Below are positions 8,702 through 18,975 of a stretch of 64,000 nucleotides of DNA, one piece after another. The notes beneath the pieces were generated by a model that was not told where the DNA came from, searched no databases, and saw only the letters and a list, made by a program, of their open reading frames with translations. Every line of letters starts with the position of its first letter. Position 1 is the first letter of the stretch. Position numbers and translations under genes: made by a program. This DNA is from an uncultured Candidatus Saccharibacteria bacterium. Its GTDB lineage: Bacteria > Patescibacteriota > Dojkabacteria > J137. The stretch is taken from positions 101,771-165,770 of the forward strand of contig OZ246402.1 in the NCBI GenBank assembly GCA_965230975.1, in the 5' to 3' direction.

Positions 8702-11700
8702 ATGAAACAGACCAAACTATTTCTTATAGCAACTGGCCTATTTGCAGTTTTAATTAGTACGTTTGGGCTTTTGAAAATATTTCATCCTCAAATCTTTGCA
8801 GATGGTGGAGATGTAACTCCGCCTACATTTAATTTTACAAGTGCTCCTACAGGTAATATTAGTGGTTCGAGCGTTACATATACTTTCTCAACAACTGATT
8901 CTGAATCTAGCATAAACAATATTGAGTATGCTCTAAATCCAGGTCCCACTCAAATTGTGCGAAAAATATATGTAGATGGCGTTCAAGTCGGCTCATCTCA
9001 CTACACATCTAATATTCCAGATATACTTGCAGATAACTTTACAATTGGTCAAGCAGGTGGCGTTGGGAGTAATTTTGCAGGTTCTATTGATGAAGTTAGA
9101 ATTTATAACAGGGCTTTAAATTCAAGAGAAGTTGATAACCTTTACGACTATCCGGCAGACACACTTAATGTGAAAATTCCAGTAGGTGGGACTATAGCCT
9201 CTTGGAACATGGATGGAGCATGGAATGGCACCCCCGGTGAAGTAACAGATGATCAAATAGGAATGAATGGGTCAATTCAGAACGGGGTAACGCAATCACC
9301 TGGTATTTTAGATGAAGCTGCAACATTTGACGGCGTAGATGATTACATTTCATTTGGAGATGTTTCATTGTTACCTTCTGGAAATAGTTACTACTCTATT
9401 AGTGCTTGGATTAAACCAGATGCAATGACTACTAGTGGCATTTTGGGTTGGGGAAACTTTGGTGCTACTTCATATGGTAGCAATGGACTTCTTTTACTAG
9501 ATACTGGTATTAATAACTTTTGGTGGGACGATGACTATTCTGAAACAACTGCAGACTTATCTGGTTCTTGGCATCATGTAGTTGTTACCTATGGTCCGGA
9601 CCGAATACCTTTAAACGCACAAGATGGAGTTTATGAAGAAACTTCTGAAGGTGCTACTGTTACCTTAAACGAAGTTGATTTCACTCTAGGAGAAGCTCAA
9701 ACCATAACTTTTTACTCTATAGATGAGTTTGGAAATACAGGCTCTACATCTTATAATTTTACATTTGTAGGTGATTCAGATGTGGATTTACCTAGCATTA
9801 CTTTTACAGAGTCACCTACGGGTCTGCAACCGGCCATTTTTACATATAGTGGAACAGCAACAGATGCTACTTCGAATATATCATACATAGACTGGCAAAT
9901 AGATTCTGGTAGTAGAAGCACTGTCTTTGCACTAGACGGAGATTATGATGAACAATCAGAGGGTTTTGAATTAGAGGTAAAAGCTTCACCTGAATTTGCG
10001 AATATTACGGGTACACACACCATAAAATTCTATGTGGTTGACATTGAGAATAACGAGCAAATGTATAGCTTTAACGTAGATGTTGATAGAGATGCTCCAA
10101 ACTGTACTCCTGGGTGGGTTTATCAAGAAAACCCTTACATAGGTAATACTGTAACATACGCAAATATTCACTGTACAGAAAATAGAGATCAAATAACAGC
10201 TGCTTACTATGATGTTTATCATGCTGTTGAAGGAACCCTAATTAGTCCTCAAAATATTAATCCCGTAGATGGGGTTTTCGATGAAAACTCTGAAGATTTC
10301 ACTTTTACTTTTACATTAGATGCCAATACAGATTTAGATGGGCCAATAATTGTTACTTTTAAAACGGAAGATGAAGCAGGTAATATAAGTTTAGATTTAG
10401 ACCCATTTGTTATTGAGTATGTAGACGATAGCGAACCTGTAATAAATCTAGACCAAGTAACTCCAGACCCGATCTCTGATACTACTCCTAAAATAACTGG
10501 TAGTTGTGTTGACGACACACAGTTTGATACAAACTCCTACATTAAATTAATTGAATATAATGTAGACGGAGGTGCTTGGAGCAATGTTGATTCATTAGAA
10601 GCACCTTATGAAGATAGTTATTCAGAAATATTCTCTTTTGAGCTACCAGAACAGTCAATTGGAAGCCATATAGTCAATATTAGATGTACAGACATGGCAG
10701 ATCAAGTATCTACTGATTCTGATACCTTTGAAATTGTAGCGGTAAACGAGGCATTATCTGCCGGCAACTTTTCTCATACAGATTCATTTACAGACCACAC
10801 TTTTCAAGACATACCCAACTCAACTTTAATTTGGGGTAATGGAAGGCTAAGATTAAAAGAAGATATAACAATTACAAGAAGTGTTATAGATAATGCAGAT
10901 TATCCTAACAGATATGCAGATGTTAGAAGTTATTATGGTGCAGTAAAAGACCCAGACGACTCAAATTTAATTTGGTATACAAAAAACAATAGAATTTATA
11001 AATATTTCATAAATTCTAATACAACTGAGGCATTGGACATGAATACTATTTTTGGATTTGATTTCTTTCAAGAATTACACAAAATTACTGTAAACAAATT
11101 TGGAACAAAGAAACTTTTGTGGGCACCAGATGCATATGGAATGTCTGTATACAACATTACAGATAATCAGACTGTAAGAATAACTATTACCGGTGGAGTT
11201 AACGAACTAGACCCAGATGTAGATAGAGGTAGATTAGGTGCTTACCTTACAACTGGTACACCTGTACCAATGGGTTACACAAACTTTATTTACTATAACT
11301 TTAATAACACGTTAACAAACACAGGAGATGATGTTACAACTCAGTGGCCTATAGATGCAAATTTCAGTGAAACAGATGCTTTAAGAATGTTTAGAGATAA
11401 AACAACAAATACTAACGATGTTTACTTAAGTTACTACACAAATGGCAAACTTGTTAAATTTAATGATAACAACACACCCAGTAACTTTGCAGATGACCAA
11501 GTGCTCAGTTATTCTGGATACACATCAATTTTTGGGTTTAGTTTAGATTCACAAGGAAGACTTATTTTTGGAACTGCTAATAACTCAAACGGAGAATTAT
11601 TTGTTGTTACTAACGATAATAATACCCCTTATATTGGTGGGGACGATACAATAACTAGAATAGCAACAAATAGGCAACTTGGTTTTGGGGGAGTGTTTGG

Positions 11701-14092
11701 AGTTGATTTCATGGAAGGTCAAAATGATGTAGGTGATCAAATTCTAGTAACAATGGCAGGCGGTGATATGGTCTACATTAATTTCAATGATACCTATACA
11801 GACTTATTAGATGATACCTTCATTCCGTTACCGGTTAGAGGAGGAATTAGGCCAGGAGATGTAACGGCTTTAATAATTGATTATGATAACCTATATGTAA
11901 ATATAGATACTTTAGGTTTTTATAAAGTACATTTAAACAGGGGTTGGGTAGATTCGGGAGAAGCCATAGGAGTTCCACAAAGACCTTCGCAAAAATTAAT
12001 ACTTGATAATTTTGTTGCAAGTGCAGAAACAGGAAGTAATATAGTTGCTGGCACTGTTCAAGAGCCTAACTTCTTTGAAAAATTGATAAATGCTTTTATT
12101 CCAAAAGTTAAAGCTGCAGAAAATGGTATAAGTTACTATATTTCTAATGATGATGGAGTAACTTGGCAGGAAGTTACGTTAGGACAAATTAAAAACTTAA
12201 ATCCAAACGACTACAGGGTTAAGTTTAAAATAGTTATGACCGAATTAACTGGACAAAGCCCTACTCTTCAGGATTATACAGTTAGTTTTGCAGGGTATAC
12301 TACACCACAGCAGGCTCAAGAGGCAACATCACTAAGCATTATTGCTCACCCAACATCTGTATTAAAGAACACTAATTTTAATATAACCGTCTCTGCTCTA
12401 GATACTTTGGGATTTGTGGTACCAACCTATTCGAATATCGTTACACTAGAGTTACTTAACAATGGTAATGTGGCATCCGGATTAACTCCATCTTCTATTA
12501 ATATTACTAATGGAACTGCAACAATTACTAATGCACAAGTGCAAAATACAGGAGTCTATAGAATTAGAGCAACTCAAGGTGCTTTGACTGCTCAATCTAA
12601 TCAGCTTACAGTGACCCAACAAAGCTTTATTCCTATATCTGCAAATGCTACATTGTCAGTAATTAACTTTGAGGCAGATAAGTACACAATAAAGAAAGGT
12701 GATTCTGTTACATTAACCTGGACAAGTGCAAACCTTGATACATTAACATTAACCCCTAACAAAGGAGTTGTAGACTCTACCGGTTCTTATACACTATCTT
12801 TAGATGAAACAACAGAATTTACCCTTTCGGGGACTGGTCCAAATGGAGAGCTCTCCTCTAGTCTAACCATTGTTGTACAAGATGAAACTTTACAAGATTT
12901 AACCCTTAAAACTTCTCAAGATATAAGTGTTAAACAAGGTGAAAAAGCTACTATAACATGGCAAACAACTGGTGCAGATACTGTATTTATCGATTTAATT
13001 GGGAAAAATGTAAGTTCTAAAGGTTCTTATGAATTTTACCCTACAGAAGATACGGTTGTCACAATAACCGCATTCCAAGGAGATAAATCTATATCTCAAA
13101 AAATAAAAATAAACGTGTTAAATGATAATAGCGAAGCAAACCAAGTTGTAGGAGTCTTATCACAGGTACCAACAGCAGGTGTATTTGTTTTAGGAATAAT
13201 AAACTCAGGTTTATTAGTAAGCTTATTATTGAACGTACTAACTAGTGTTCAAAGCAAACTTACATTAGACACCTTGTCAAATATACTTAGGATTATTGGT
13301 ATTATTCCATTCAAAAAGAGGCGTGGGTTTGTTTATCAAACAAACACAAGTAAACCGGTTGCTTTTGCAGTATTAAATATCCTAAGCAAAGGGAAAACGT
13401 TAACCTCAATAATTTCAGATCTAAATGGTATTTATTACGAACCATTTTTATCTAAAGGCGAATATATTTTAGATGTAAAGAGAGAGGAACATGCATTCCC
13501 AACCGCAAAGAAGAGGCCTGCACAGTTGACCGAATTTGATTTTTACAAAGGTGAAGAGCTAAACATTACTAGCAATAAGTTACAACAGGCAATTGTAATA
13601 CCAATGGATAAAACTAACATGTCAGATAAGAAGAGTCTAATAAACTGGAATAAAGTTAGCTTGTCGTTAACTAGACTTTTAGTGTGGTTACAATGGACAG
13701 TTTATCCTATGTGTGTACTTGCTCTTGTATTCTTGATTACATCTCCAAACATCGTTAATCTATTAGTATTTGTATTCTACTTTGTAATAGTTGCATTCAA
13801 GCTTAAAGAAAAGTTAAAAACACCATCTTTAGAAGGTTTGGTTTATGATAAAGAAGCCAACAAAGGAATTTCTGGAGTTGTAGTAGAACTTAGAGCAAAT
13901 AATCAATTAGTTGCTCTAGAAATTACAAATTCAAAAGGAAGATATTCTTTCTTTGTTCCAGAAGGTAAATATAGCATCCACTTATCTCACGAGCATTATG
14001 CAATGAGAACAGAATTCGGACAAGTTTTAGAAGTAGATATAAAAGATACAAAAAAGAAAATGAATTTTGGAATGGGTAAACTTTCTGCTTAA
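8702..14092 (+). CDS. giant (1796 aa) surface protein: signal anchor, 2x LamG-like (concanavalin-type) domains, Ig/Big-like and beta-propeller-like repeats, C-terminal polytopic membrane region with two CarboxypepD_reg-like domains
   Basis: N-terminal hydrophobic segment. LamG_3 motifs (NFTIGQAGGVGSNFAGSIDEVRIYNRALNSREVDNLY; ATFDGVDDYISFGD...SAWIKPD). Repeated TLTPNKGVVDSTGSYTLSLDETTEFTLSGTG Ig-like modules. C-terminal TM helices (LVWLQWTVYPMCVLALVFLITSPNIVNLLVFVFYFVIVAF) are interleaved with GISGVVVELRANNQLVALEITNSKGRYSFFVPEGKYSI (CarboxypepD_reg-like). Confidence 0.7.
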   Translation: MKQTKLFLIATGLFAVLISTFGLLKIFHPQIFADGGDVTPPTFNFTSAPTGNISGSSVTYTFSTTDSESSINNIEYALNPGPTQIVRKIYVDGVQVGSSHYTSNIPDILADNFTIGQAGGVGSNFAGSIDEVRIYNRALNSREVDNLYDYPADTLNVKIPVGGTIASWNMDGAWNGTPGEVTDDQIGMNGSIQNGVTQSPGILDEAATFDGVDDYISFGDVSLLPSGNSYYSISAWIKPDAMTTSGILGWGNFGATSYGSNGLLLLDTGINNFWWDDDYSETTADLSGSWHHVVVTYGPDRIPLNAQDGVYEETSEGATVTLNEVDFTLGEAQTITFYSIDEFGNTGSTSYNFTFVGDSDVDLPSITFTESPTGLQPAIFTYSGTATDATSNISYIDWQIDSGSRSTVFALDGDYDEQSEGFELEVKASPEFANITGTHTIKFYVVDIENNEQMYSFNVDVDRDAPNCTPGWVYQENPYIGNTVTYANIHCTENRDQITAAYYDVYHAVEGTLISPQNINPVDGVFDENSEDFTFTFTLDANTDLDGPIIVTFKTEDEAGNISLDLDPFVIEYVDDSEPVINLDQVTPDPISDTTPKITGSCVDDTQFDTNSYIKLIEYNVDGGAWSNVDSLEAPYEDSYSEIFSFELPEQSIGSHIVNIRCTDMADQVSTDSDTFEIVAVNEALSAGNFSHTDSFTDHTFQDIPNSTLIWGNGRLRLKEDITITRSVIDNADYPNRYADVRSYYGAVKDPDDSNLIWYTKNNRIYKYFINSNTTEALDMNTIFGFDFFQELHKITVNKFGTKKLLWAPDAYGMSVYNITDNQTVRITITGGVNELDPDVDRGRLGAYLTTGTPVPMGYTNFIYYNFNNTLTNTGDDVTTQWPIDANFSETDALRMFRDKTTNTNDVYLSYYTNGKLVKFNDNNTPSNFADDQVLSYSGYTSIFGFSLDSQGRLIFGTANNSNGELFVVTNDNNTPYIGGDDTITRIATNRQLGFGGVFGVDFMEGQNDVGDQILVTMAGGDMVYINFNDTYTDLLDDTFIPLPVRGGIRPGDVTALIIDYDNLYVNIDTLGFYKVHLNRGWVDSGEAIGVPQRPSQKLILDNFVASAETGSNIVAGTVQEPNFFEKLINAFIPKVKAAENGISYYISNDDGVTWQEVTLGQIKNLNPNDYRVKFKIVMTELTGQSPTLQDYTVSFAGYTTPQQAQEATSLSIIAHPTSVLKNTNFNITVSALDTLGFVVPTYSNIVTLELLNNGNVASGLTPSSINITNGTATITNAQVQNTGVYRIRATQGALTAQSNQLTVTQQSFIPISANATLSVINFEADKYTIKKGDSVTLTWTSANLDTLTLTPNKGVVDSTGSYTLSLDETTEFTLSGTGPNGELSSSLTIVVQDETLQDLTLKTSQDISVKQGEKATITWQTTGADTVFIDLIGKNVSSKGSYEFYPTEDTVVTITAFQGDKSISQKIKINVLNDNSEANQVVGVLSQVPTAGVFVLGIINSGLLVSLLLNVLTSVQSKLTLDTLSNILRIIGIIPFKKRRGFVYQTNTSKPVAFAVLNILSKGKTLTSIISDLNGIYYEPFLSKGEYILDVKREEHAFPTAKKRPAQLTEFDFYKGEELNITSNKLQQAIVIPMDKTNMSDKKSLINWNKVSLSLTRLLVWLQWTVYPMCVLALVFLITSPNIVNLLVFVFYFVIVAFKLKEKLKTPSLEGLVYDKEANKGISGVVVELRANNQLVALEITNSKGRYSFFVPEGKYSIHLSHEHYAMRTEFGQVLEVDIKDTKKKMNFGMGKLSA

Positions 14093-15063
14093 ATTGCTAC
14101 ACCAGCTCCTCCAAAGGGGGAGCTGTCATTGTCTAAGCTATATTTCTCAAGAATAAAATTTATTGTTACATCTATTAGGCTTAAAAATTTATTGTAAAGT
14201 TCATGACTATTTTCCAATAAATATCGTATCTCTGCTATTGGATCTTCGTGGACAGTATCTAGTATTTCATCTCCTCTACTTTTAGAAAGCATACGATAAT
14301 AATCATATGCTAAATCTTTGTAACGATTTCCTGTTGAATAATCAATAATTTTTAATATAAAGATTTTAAGTAACTCTTCTATAAATATTTCTAAACTTTC
14401 AAAATCTACATATTGGAGCATTAAATTTTTAGAAGTAATTCTTAAATTATTTAAAATATATTCTTTTAACAAAAAAATAACCTCTTCCCTATCTATACTG
14501 CTATTTACAAGATTAATATTCTTATTTTCTAAAACCCATCTTACAAGGTTATCATCTAAATAATCTTTTACTGGTTGTTGGGGCTTAACTTTATCTGATT
14601 CAAAAAAAACATCCGGCGATTTTGCTGTTGAATAATCTAATACTGTTCCAATAAGGTTGTTTATATAGTCAAAGTCTGGATCTATCTCATTAGTGTAATT
14701 TGAATCTTCTAAATACTGCTTTATAAATTTTACCTCTCCATTTACAATAAAAGCTGTTATTTTACCTCCATCCACTTTTATCTGTATTTGAAACGAACCA
14801 TTCGATATGGTAGTTCTATTAATCTTCCTAACATCATTTATATAGTCAGACAGTGCCTCAAGTATTAAAATTGATACTCCATTAATATCAGACTCTCTTG
14901 AAAAATGATCCTGACTAGACCCTCTAATAGTTGATTCATCTGTCCATAAATTTATAGATAGATTACCAAATGGAAAATCTACTTTATAAATTTCAATTTT
15001 TACTAATCCGAGACCTTCTAAATTATTTGAATCTCCTAAGGGGTGTGCAAAGTATCCAAACAT
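14089..15063 (-). CDS. hypothetical protein (convergent with, and overlapping by 4 nt, the giant surface-protein gene)
   Basis: 324-aa ORF, soluble, no recognisable motif. It ends ...SSPFGGAGVAI. Confidence 0.45.
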   Translation of the reverse strand: MFGYFAHPLGDSNNLEGLGLVKIEIYKVDFPFGNLSINLWTDESTIRGSSQDHFSRESDINGVSILILEALSDYINDVRKINRTTISNGSFQIQIKVDGGKITAFIVNGEVKFIKQYLEDSNYTNEIDPDFDYINNLIGTVLDYSTAKSPDVFFESDKVKPQQPVKDYLDDNLVRWVLENKNINLVNSSIDREEVIFLLKEYILNNLRITSKNLMLQYVDFESLEIFIEELLKIFILKIIDYSTGNRYKDLAYDYYRMLSKSRGDEILDTVHEDPIAEIRYLLENSHELYNKFLSLIDVTINFILEKYSLDNDSSPFGGAGVAI

Positions 15064-15148
15064 GTAGTTTTTTATTAACTGTAGGGGATTATATTTGACA
15101 CTTTAAAAGACGTCAAACAATATTTCTTAATTTTAAATAAAAATAGTT

Positions 15149-15772
15149 TTAAACTAAATTTGATTTAATTTCTAAAGACACTTCTTCTATGGACTTTGAT
15201 GCGTCAATCTCTATTAAAATACCTCTCTGTTTATATTTATTAACTATATCTTCAGAATCTTTATAAAAGTCTTTAAGCCTATTAAGCGCAAACTCTATTT
15301 CAGAATCATCGGTTCTTTTAACTAATCTATGTTCAATTTCTGCAGGAGGTGGATTGGTTTCTGAATTATAAATCTCGCCCGTTACAGGGTCTCTCAGTCT
15401 GTTTTTGAGCCTTTTGATTGCCTCTTCATCAGATAATTTAAAATAAAATACTTTGTCTAAATTATCTCCATAGTTTTCTAAAGTTTTATCTAACAACTCT
15501 ACTTGGGTAGATCTTCTAACACCTCCGGTTAAAACAAAATTATCAAAAGTAGATTCTTTTAAATAAACCTCTAACAAACCATAAATTAACATATCTGGAG
15601 CAAAACCTTTATTCATTTCGTTTTTTAAAGAGACCTGCATTGGCGTATCTCCTTCTGAAATCTGCCTTAACAAATCTCCTGTAGATACAATGTTATAGCC
15701 CTGATTTTTCATTAAAATATTTGCTTGAGTGTCTTTACCGCTCCCTGAAGGACCTATAAAAAGAATAACCAT
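15149..15772 (-). CDS. adk: adenylate kinase (short-lid type)
   Basis: P-loop GPSGSGKDTQA, NMP-binding STGDLLR, and a lid region R..DD (RTDDSEIE). Confidence 0.8.
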   Translation of the reverse strand: MVILFIGPSGSGKDTQANILMKNQGYNIVSTGDLLRQISEGDTPMQVSLKNEMNKGFAPDMLIYGLLEVYLKESTFDNFVLTGGVRRSTQVELLDKTLENYGDNLDKVFYFKLSDEEAIKRLKNRLRDPVTGEIYNSETNPPPAEIEHRLVKRTDDSEIEFALNRLKDFYKDSEDIVNKYKQRGILIEIDASKSIEEVSLEIKSNLV

Positions 15773-15791
15773 ACTTTTTTATTAAAAATGA

Positions 15792-16535
15792 TTAAAGAAA
15801 TATTACAAATATAAAATTAATAATTAGTGCCAAGAATGAAAGGCCAGCTAATAAAAATGAAATTTTATATATAATATTTTCTAATGACTTTGAGAAATTA
15901 TTTCTATAACCAAGAGCATGTGGTAATAACAACCCTAACAACAACCCTGTAATTAAACCTCCTAAATGAGCCCAGTTATTTATATTTGTTCCGGGCATTA
16001 ACCCAAAGAATAATGAAAATAATACCAATGGAATTATATCTTCAAAAGAAAATGGAAACGAAACTCCAAACCTAGAACGTCTTAAAGTACCACCTAATAA
16101 CAAACCCATAAGTGCAAAAATGCCACTAGAAGCACCTACCGAAAGTATATTTGTATTAGTTTGAAATATTACTCTTTCCGAAAAAAATATAACAAATGTT
16201 AATAGCGAACCTCCCAAAGAGCCTAAAATATAGGTTAATGCAAGAACTTTTTCATTATAAAAATTTGTAACAATAGAACCTAATCTATACAGAGAATACA
16301 TATTTATTAATATATGAAAAAGGTCAAAGTGTAAAAAACCAGAAGTAATTAATAGCCAAACTTGACCAACACTTACCATTTGATAATCAAAACCACCTAT
16401 TAAAGAAACTAAATCATAACTCGCTCTACTGCTAGGAGACATTGACAATAGCAAATTGGCAACTAAAAACATTAGTATGTTTAATACTATTAATATATTT
16501 AACCAGCTAAATTGGATTTTAAATTCAAATTTCAT
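15792..16535 (-). CDS. rhomboid-family intramembrane serine protease
   Basis: 6-7 TM helices. Catalytic GASSGIFALMG (GxSG) and the downstream His in AHLGGLITG. Confidence 0.85.
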   Translation of the reverse strand: MKFEFKIQFSWLNILIVLNILMFLVANLLLSMSPSSRASYDLVSLIGGFDYQMVSVGQVWLLITSGFLHFDLFHILINMYSLYRLGSIVTNFYNEKVLALTYILGSLGGSLLTFVIFFSERVIFQTNTNILSVGASSGIFALMGLLLGGTLRRSRFGVSFPFSFEDIIPLVLFSLFFGLMPGTNINNWAHLGGLITGLLLGLLLPHALGYRNNFSKSLENIIYKISFLLAGLSFLALIINFIFVIFL

Positions 16536-16700
16536 AAGTTAAACAATTATAAGCTAAGTTTTGATTTATGACTACTTTCATAAATTAATACAGAATAATG
16601 TCCAAAATAGAATTTATCAAAAACTTAAATGACGCCCGACGCCCCCCAAGGATTATTTGAATTATCGTAACAAATTACATCCAAAGTTTGGCGAATTAGA

Positions 16701-16732
16701 TAAAAACAGGACCCAAACAAAGTTGGGGTCCG
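16701..16732 (-). terminator. putative rho-independent terminator for the minus-strand gene ending at 16754
   Basis: On the minus strand this reads GGACCCC-AACTTTGTT-TGGGTCC followed by TGTTTTTATCT. Confidence 0.4.
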
Positions 16733-16753
16733 TAAGAAATTAACTTATTTTTA

Positions 16754-17545
16754 TTAACTTAATGCAGAAGCGTAAATACTACTATTAATGAATTCATCCT
16801 GATATATAAATTCGTATATAGGTTCTGGTTTTTGAAGCAGATACCCTTGCATGGTATTTGTCTTTTCTTCTGACTTTGTCTTTTTAGTATTATAAAATTT
16901 AACCTTACAATCAATTTTATATTTTGGATTAGCAACAATTTCTACCTTTGCATTTTTTGAGATTAAATAATATGCAAGACCCTTTTCTCTTCTAAACATT
17001 TCATAATTTGTTTTGTCATGATTAATTGCAGCAACCTTTGCAAATACAACCGGAGTAACTCCTGTATTAAAAAAAGTATAAAAATAACCAGTTGGAATGC
17101 TAAGTCGTTCACCTTTTCTTAAAGTGAAAATGCCAACTTCATCTACATAAGTTTCAAATTGAAGTGGATCTAACTTTTCTCTGTTTTTTTGAATTAGTAC
17201 TGTTAAATTACCGCTTAAAACCTCAATCATAGAATCATAATAACCATCTTTCGCATCGCTATAGAATATATGAGTTTTTATAAACTCTATGCCTAATAAC
17301 CCAATTGGCAAAACGACTACATCATAAGAAACATTTGGATTGCTAGGTTTACCATTTGTTAAATTATGATACTGTCTATAAACTTTTTCTGGATATCTTA
17401 AAGATTTATTTAAAAGTATTGGAATTATCTCTTTTAAAGTCACTAATTTTTCTGATTCGAATCTAACTTCTGGTGATGTGTGTATTTGACAATGCTCTTC
17501 ATCAAACTTTAAAGGGAGACCGCTAACTTCGAATAAATCTACCAT
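16754..17545 (-). CDS. hypothetical protein, possibly cupin-fold (weak resemblance to archaeal-type glucose-6-phosphate isomerase with metal ligands substituted)
   Basis: 263 aa. IKTHIFYS and RLSIPTGYFYTFFNTG loosely align with the TKGHFHAK / VPPYWAHRTVNIG of cupin PGIs, but the His ligands are missing. Confidence 0.3.
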   Translation of the reverse strand: MVDLFEVSGLPLKFDEEHCQIHTSPEVRFESEKLVTLKEIIPILLNKSLRYPEKVYRQYHNLTNGKPSNPNVSYDVVVLPIGLLGIEFIKTHIFYSDAKDGYYDSMIEVLSGNLTVLIQKNREKLDPLQFETYVDEVGIFTLRKGERLSIPTGYFYTFFNTGVTPVVFAKVAAINHDKTNYEMFRREKGLAYYLISKNAKVEIVANPKYKIDCKVKFYNTKKTKSEEKTNTMQGYLLQKPEPIYEFIYQDEFINSSIYASALS

Positions 17546-17726
17546 TCTTGTTAAGCTAAGAGTTAAAAATTTTTGGAAAGTTAATTTCTTAACATTCTAG
17601 TTAGAAGAGGCAAAAATGTCAAACTTAGCTAAGTTATACTAATTTAGCAAGCAATAAAAAACACGTAGATAACAGTTTTGATTAAAAAAACTGAAATAAA
17701 ATAATTTACCGTTTTAGTAAGTGGGT

Positions 17727-18824
17727 TTATTTACTGTTTTTTAAATTGTTCCACAGTTCTCGCTGTTCTTTACTTAAGTGAGTTGGAATATTCACTACTA
17801 GTTTCACATACTGATCACCTTGAGAATTTCCCTGAAACTTAGGGCCACCTTTTTCTTTTAATCTTAAAACTCTGCCCGATTGAGTTCCTTCAGGTACTTT
17901 CATCATTACATCTCCGTGAACTGTAGGGATTTGGATTTCACCCCCAAGAACTGCTGTAACAACATCTATTTCTTGATCTAGATAAATATCATTACCTTTT
18001 CTTTCAAGCCTTGGGTGAGATTTAACTTCAAGAGTTACAAATAAGTCTCCGGCAGCTCCACCCTTTTTACCAAAGTTACCCCTCTCTTTAAATCTTAAGG
18101 TAACTCCATCTGGTATCCCCGCAGGAACTTTTAAGCTAAATTTCTCTTTTGTTTTTACCAAACCATCTCCTTTACAATTCGGACATTTTTCTTCTGGCAC
18201 TTCACCTGACCCATCACAATTCGGGCAAGTTGTCACAACCTGCATTCTTCCAAAAAAGGTGTTTTGAACTTGTGCAACTTGCCCGCGACCGTTACATGTT
18301 GCGCAAGTTTTCTTTTTCCCTCCCTTGGCACCAGTTGCGTTACAAACACTACATTTTCCATTTCTTTCATATGTCAGTTCTTTTTCAACACCAAACACTG
18401 CTTCCATAAAATCAATTTGCATAGAAAATTGTAAGTCAGAGCCCCTGCTATCAGACCTTGAAGCTCTTTGTGAACCTCCACCAAAATCAAAACCTCCAAA
18501 ACTGCTCCCAAACAAATTACCTAAAAGATCGTCTAAACCACCCATACCACCAGAGAAACCTTCCATGCCACCAAAAGGTGAGCTTCCACCGTTAAAAGCC
18601 TGAGTTCCTGCAAAGCCGTATTGATCATAAGCAGATCTTTTTTGCTCATCAGATAACACATCGTAAGCTTCTTGAACCTCTTTAAATTTAGTGTCTGCAT
18701 CTGCAGATTTATTTCTATCTGGGTGAAATTCTTTTGCAAGTTTTCTGTATGATTTTTTTATCTCTTCTTTTGAAGCAGACTTTGATAAGCCCAAAACTTC
18801 ATAGTAATCTCTCTTATTTGCCAT
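17727..18824 (-). CDS. dnaJ: molecular chaperone DnaJ
   Basis: J-domain with HPD ([13 protein letters not shown]), a G/F-rich linker, four CxxCxGxG zinc-finger repeats ([32 protein letters not shown]), and a C-terminal substrate-binding domain. Confidence 0.9.
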   Translation of the reverse strand: MANKRDYYEVLGLSKSASKEEIKKSYRKLAKEFHPDRNKSADADTKFKEVQEAYDVLSDEQKRSAYDQYGFAGTQAFNGGSSPFGGMEGFSGGMGGLDDLLGNLFGSSFGGFDFGGGSQRASRSDSRGSDLQFSMQIDFMEAVFGVEKELTYERNGKCSVCNATGAKGGKKKTCATCNGRGQVAQVQNTFFGRMQVVTTCPNCDGSGEVPEEKCPNCKGDGLVKTKEKFSLKVPAGIPDGVTLRFKERGNFGKKGGAAGDLFVTLEVKSHPRLERKGNDIYLDQEIDVVTAVLGGEIQIPTVHGDVMMKVPEGTQSGRVLRLKEKGGPKFQGNSQGDQYVKLVVNIPTHLSKEQRELWNNLKNSK

Positions 18825-18975
18825 ATTTTTAATTTTAACATTGGCATTATATCAATTAGCAGTTGATAGTGAAAAGTGATAATTACAAATTTATTAGTTA
18901 TTTTAATAATTGTGGCAATTTAATGTAGAATAAGTTGTAATCAACTTAGTATTTATTAAATTTTAAAAACTTCTT

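Noticed and set aside
16630-16665. GC-rich block (gacgcccgacgccccccaagg) in an otherwise AT-rich intergenic region; considered as a small ncRNA or tRNA fragment
   Set aside because: No cloverleaf or conserved ncRNA structure could be folded by eye. Only the downstream GGACCC/GGGTCC hairpin with a T-tract looks functional, as a terminator.
18325-18603. Pro/Lys-rich 92-aa plus-strand ORF
   Set aside because: It is antisense to the Gly/Phe-rich linker of dnaJ, so GGN repeats read as Pro codons on the opposite strand. It is not a gene.
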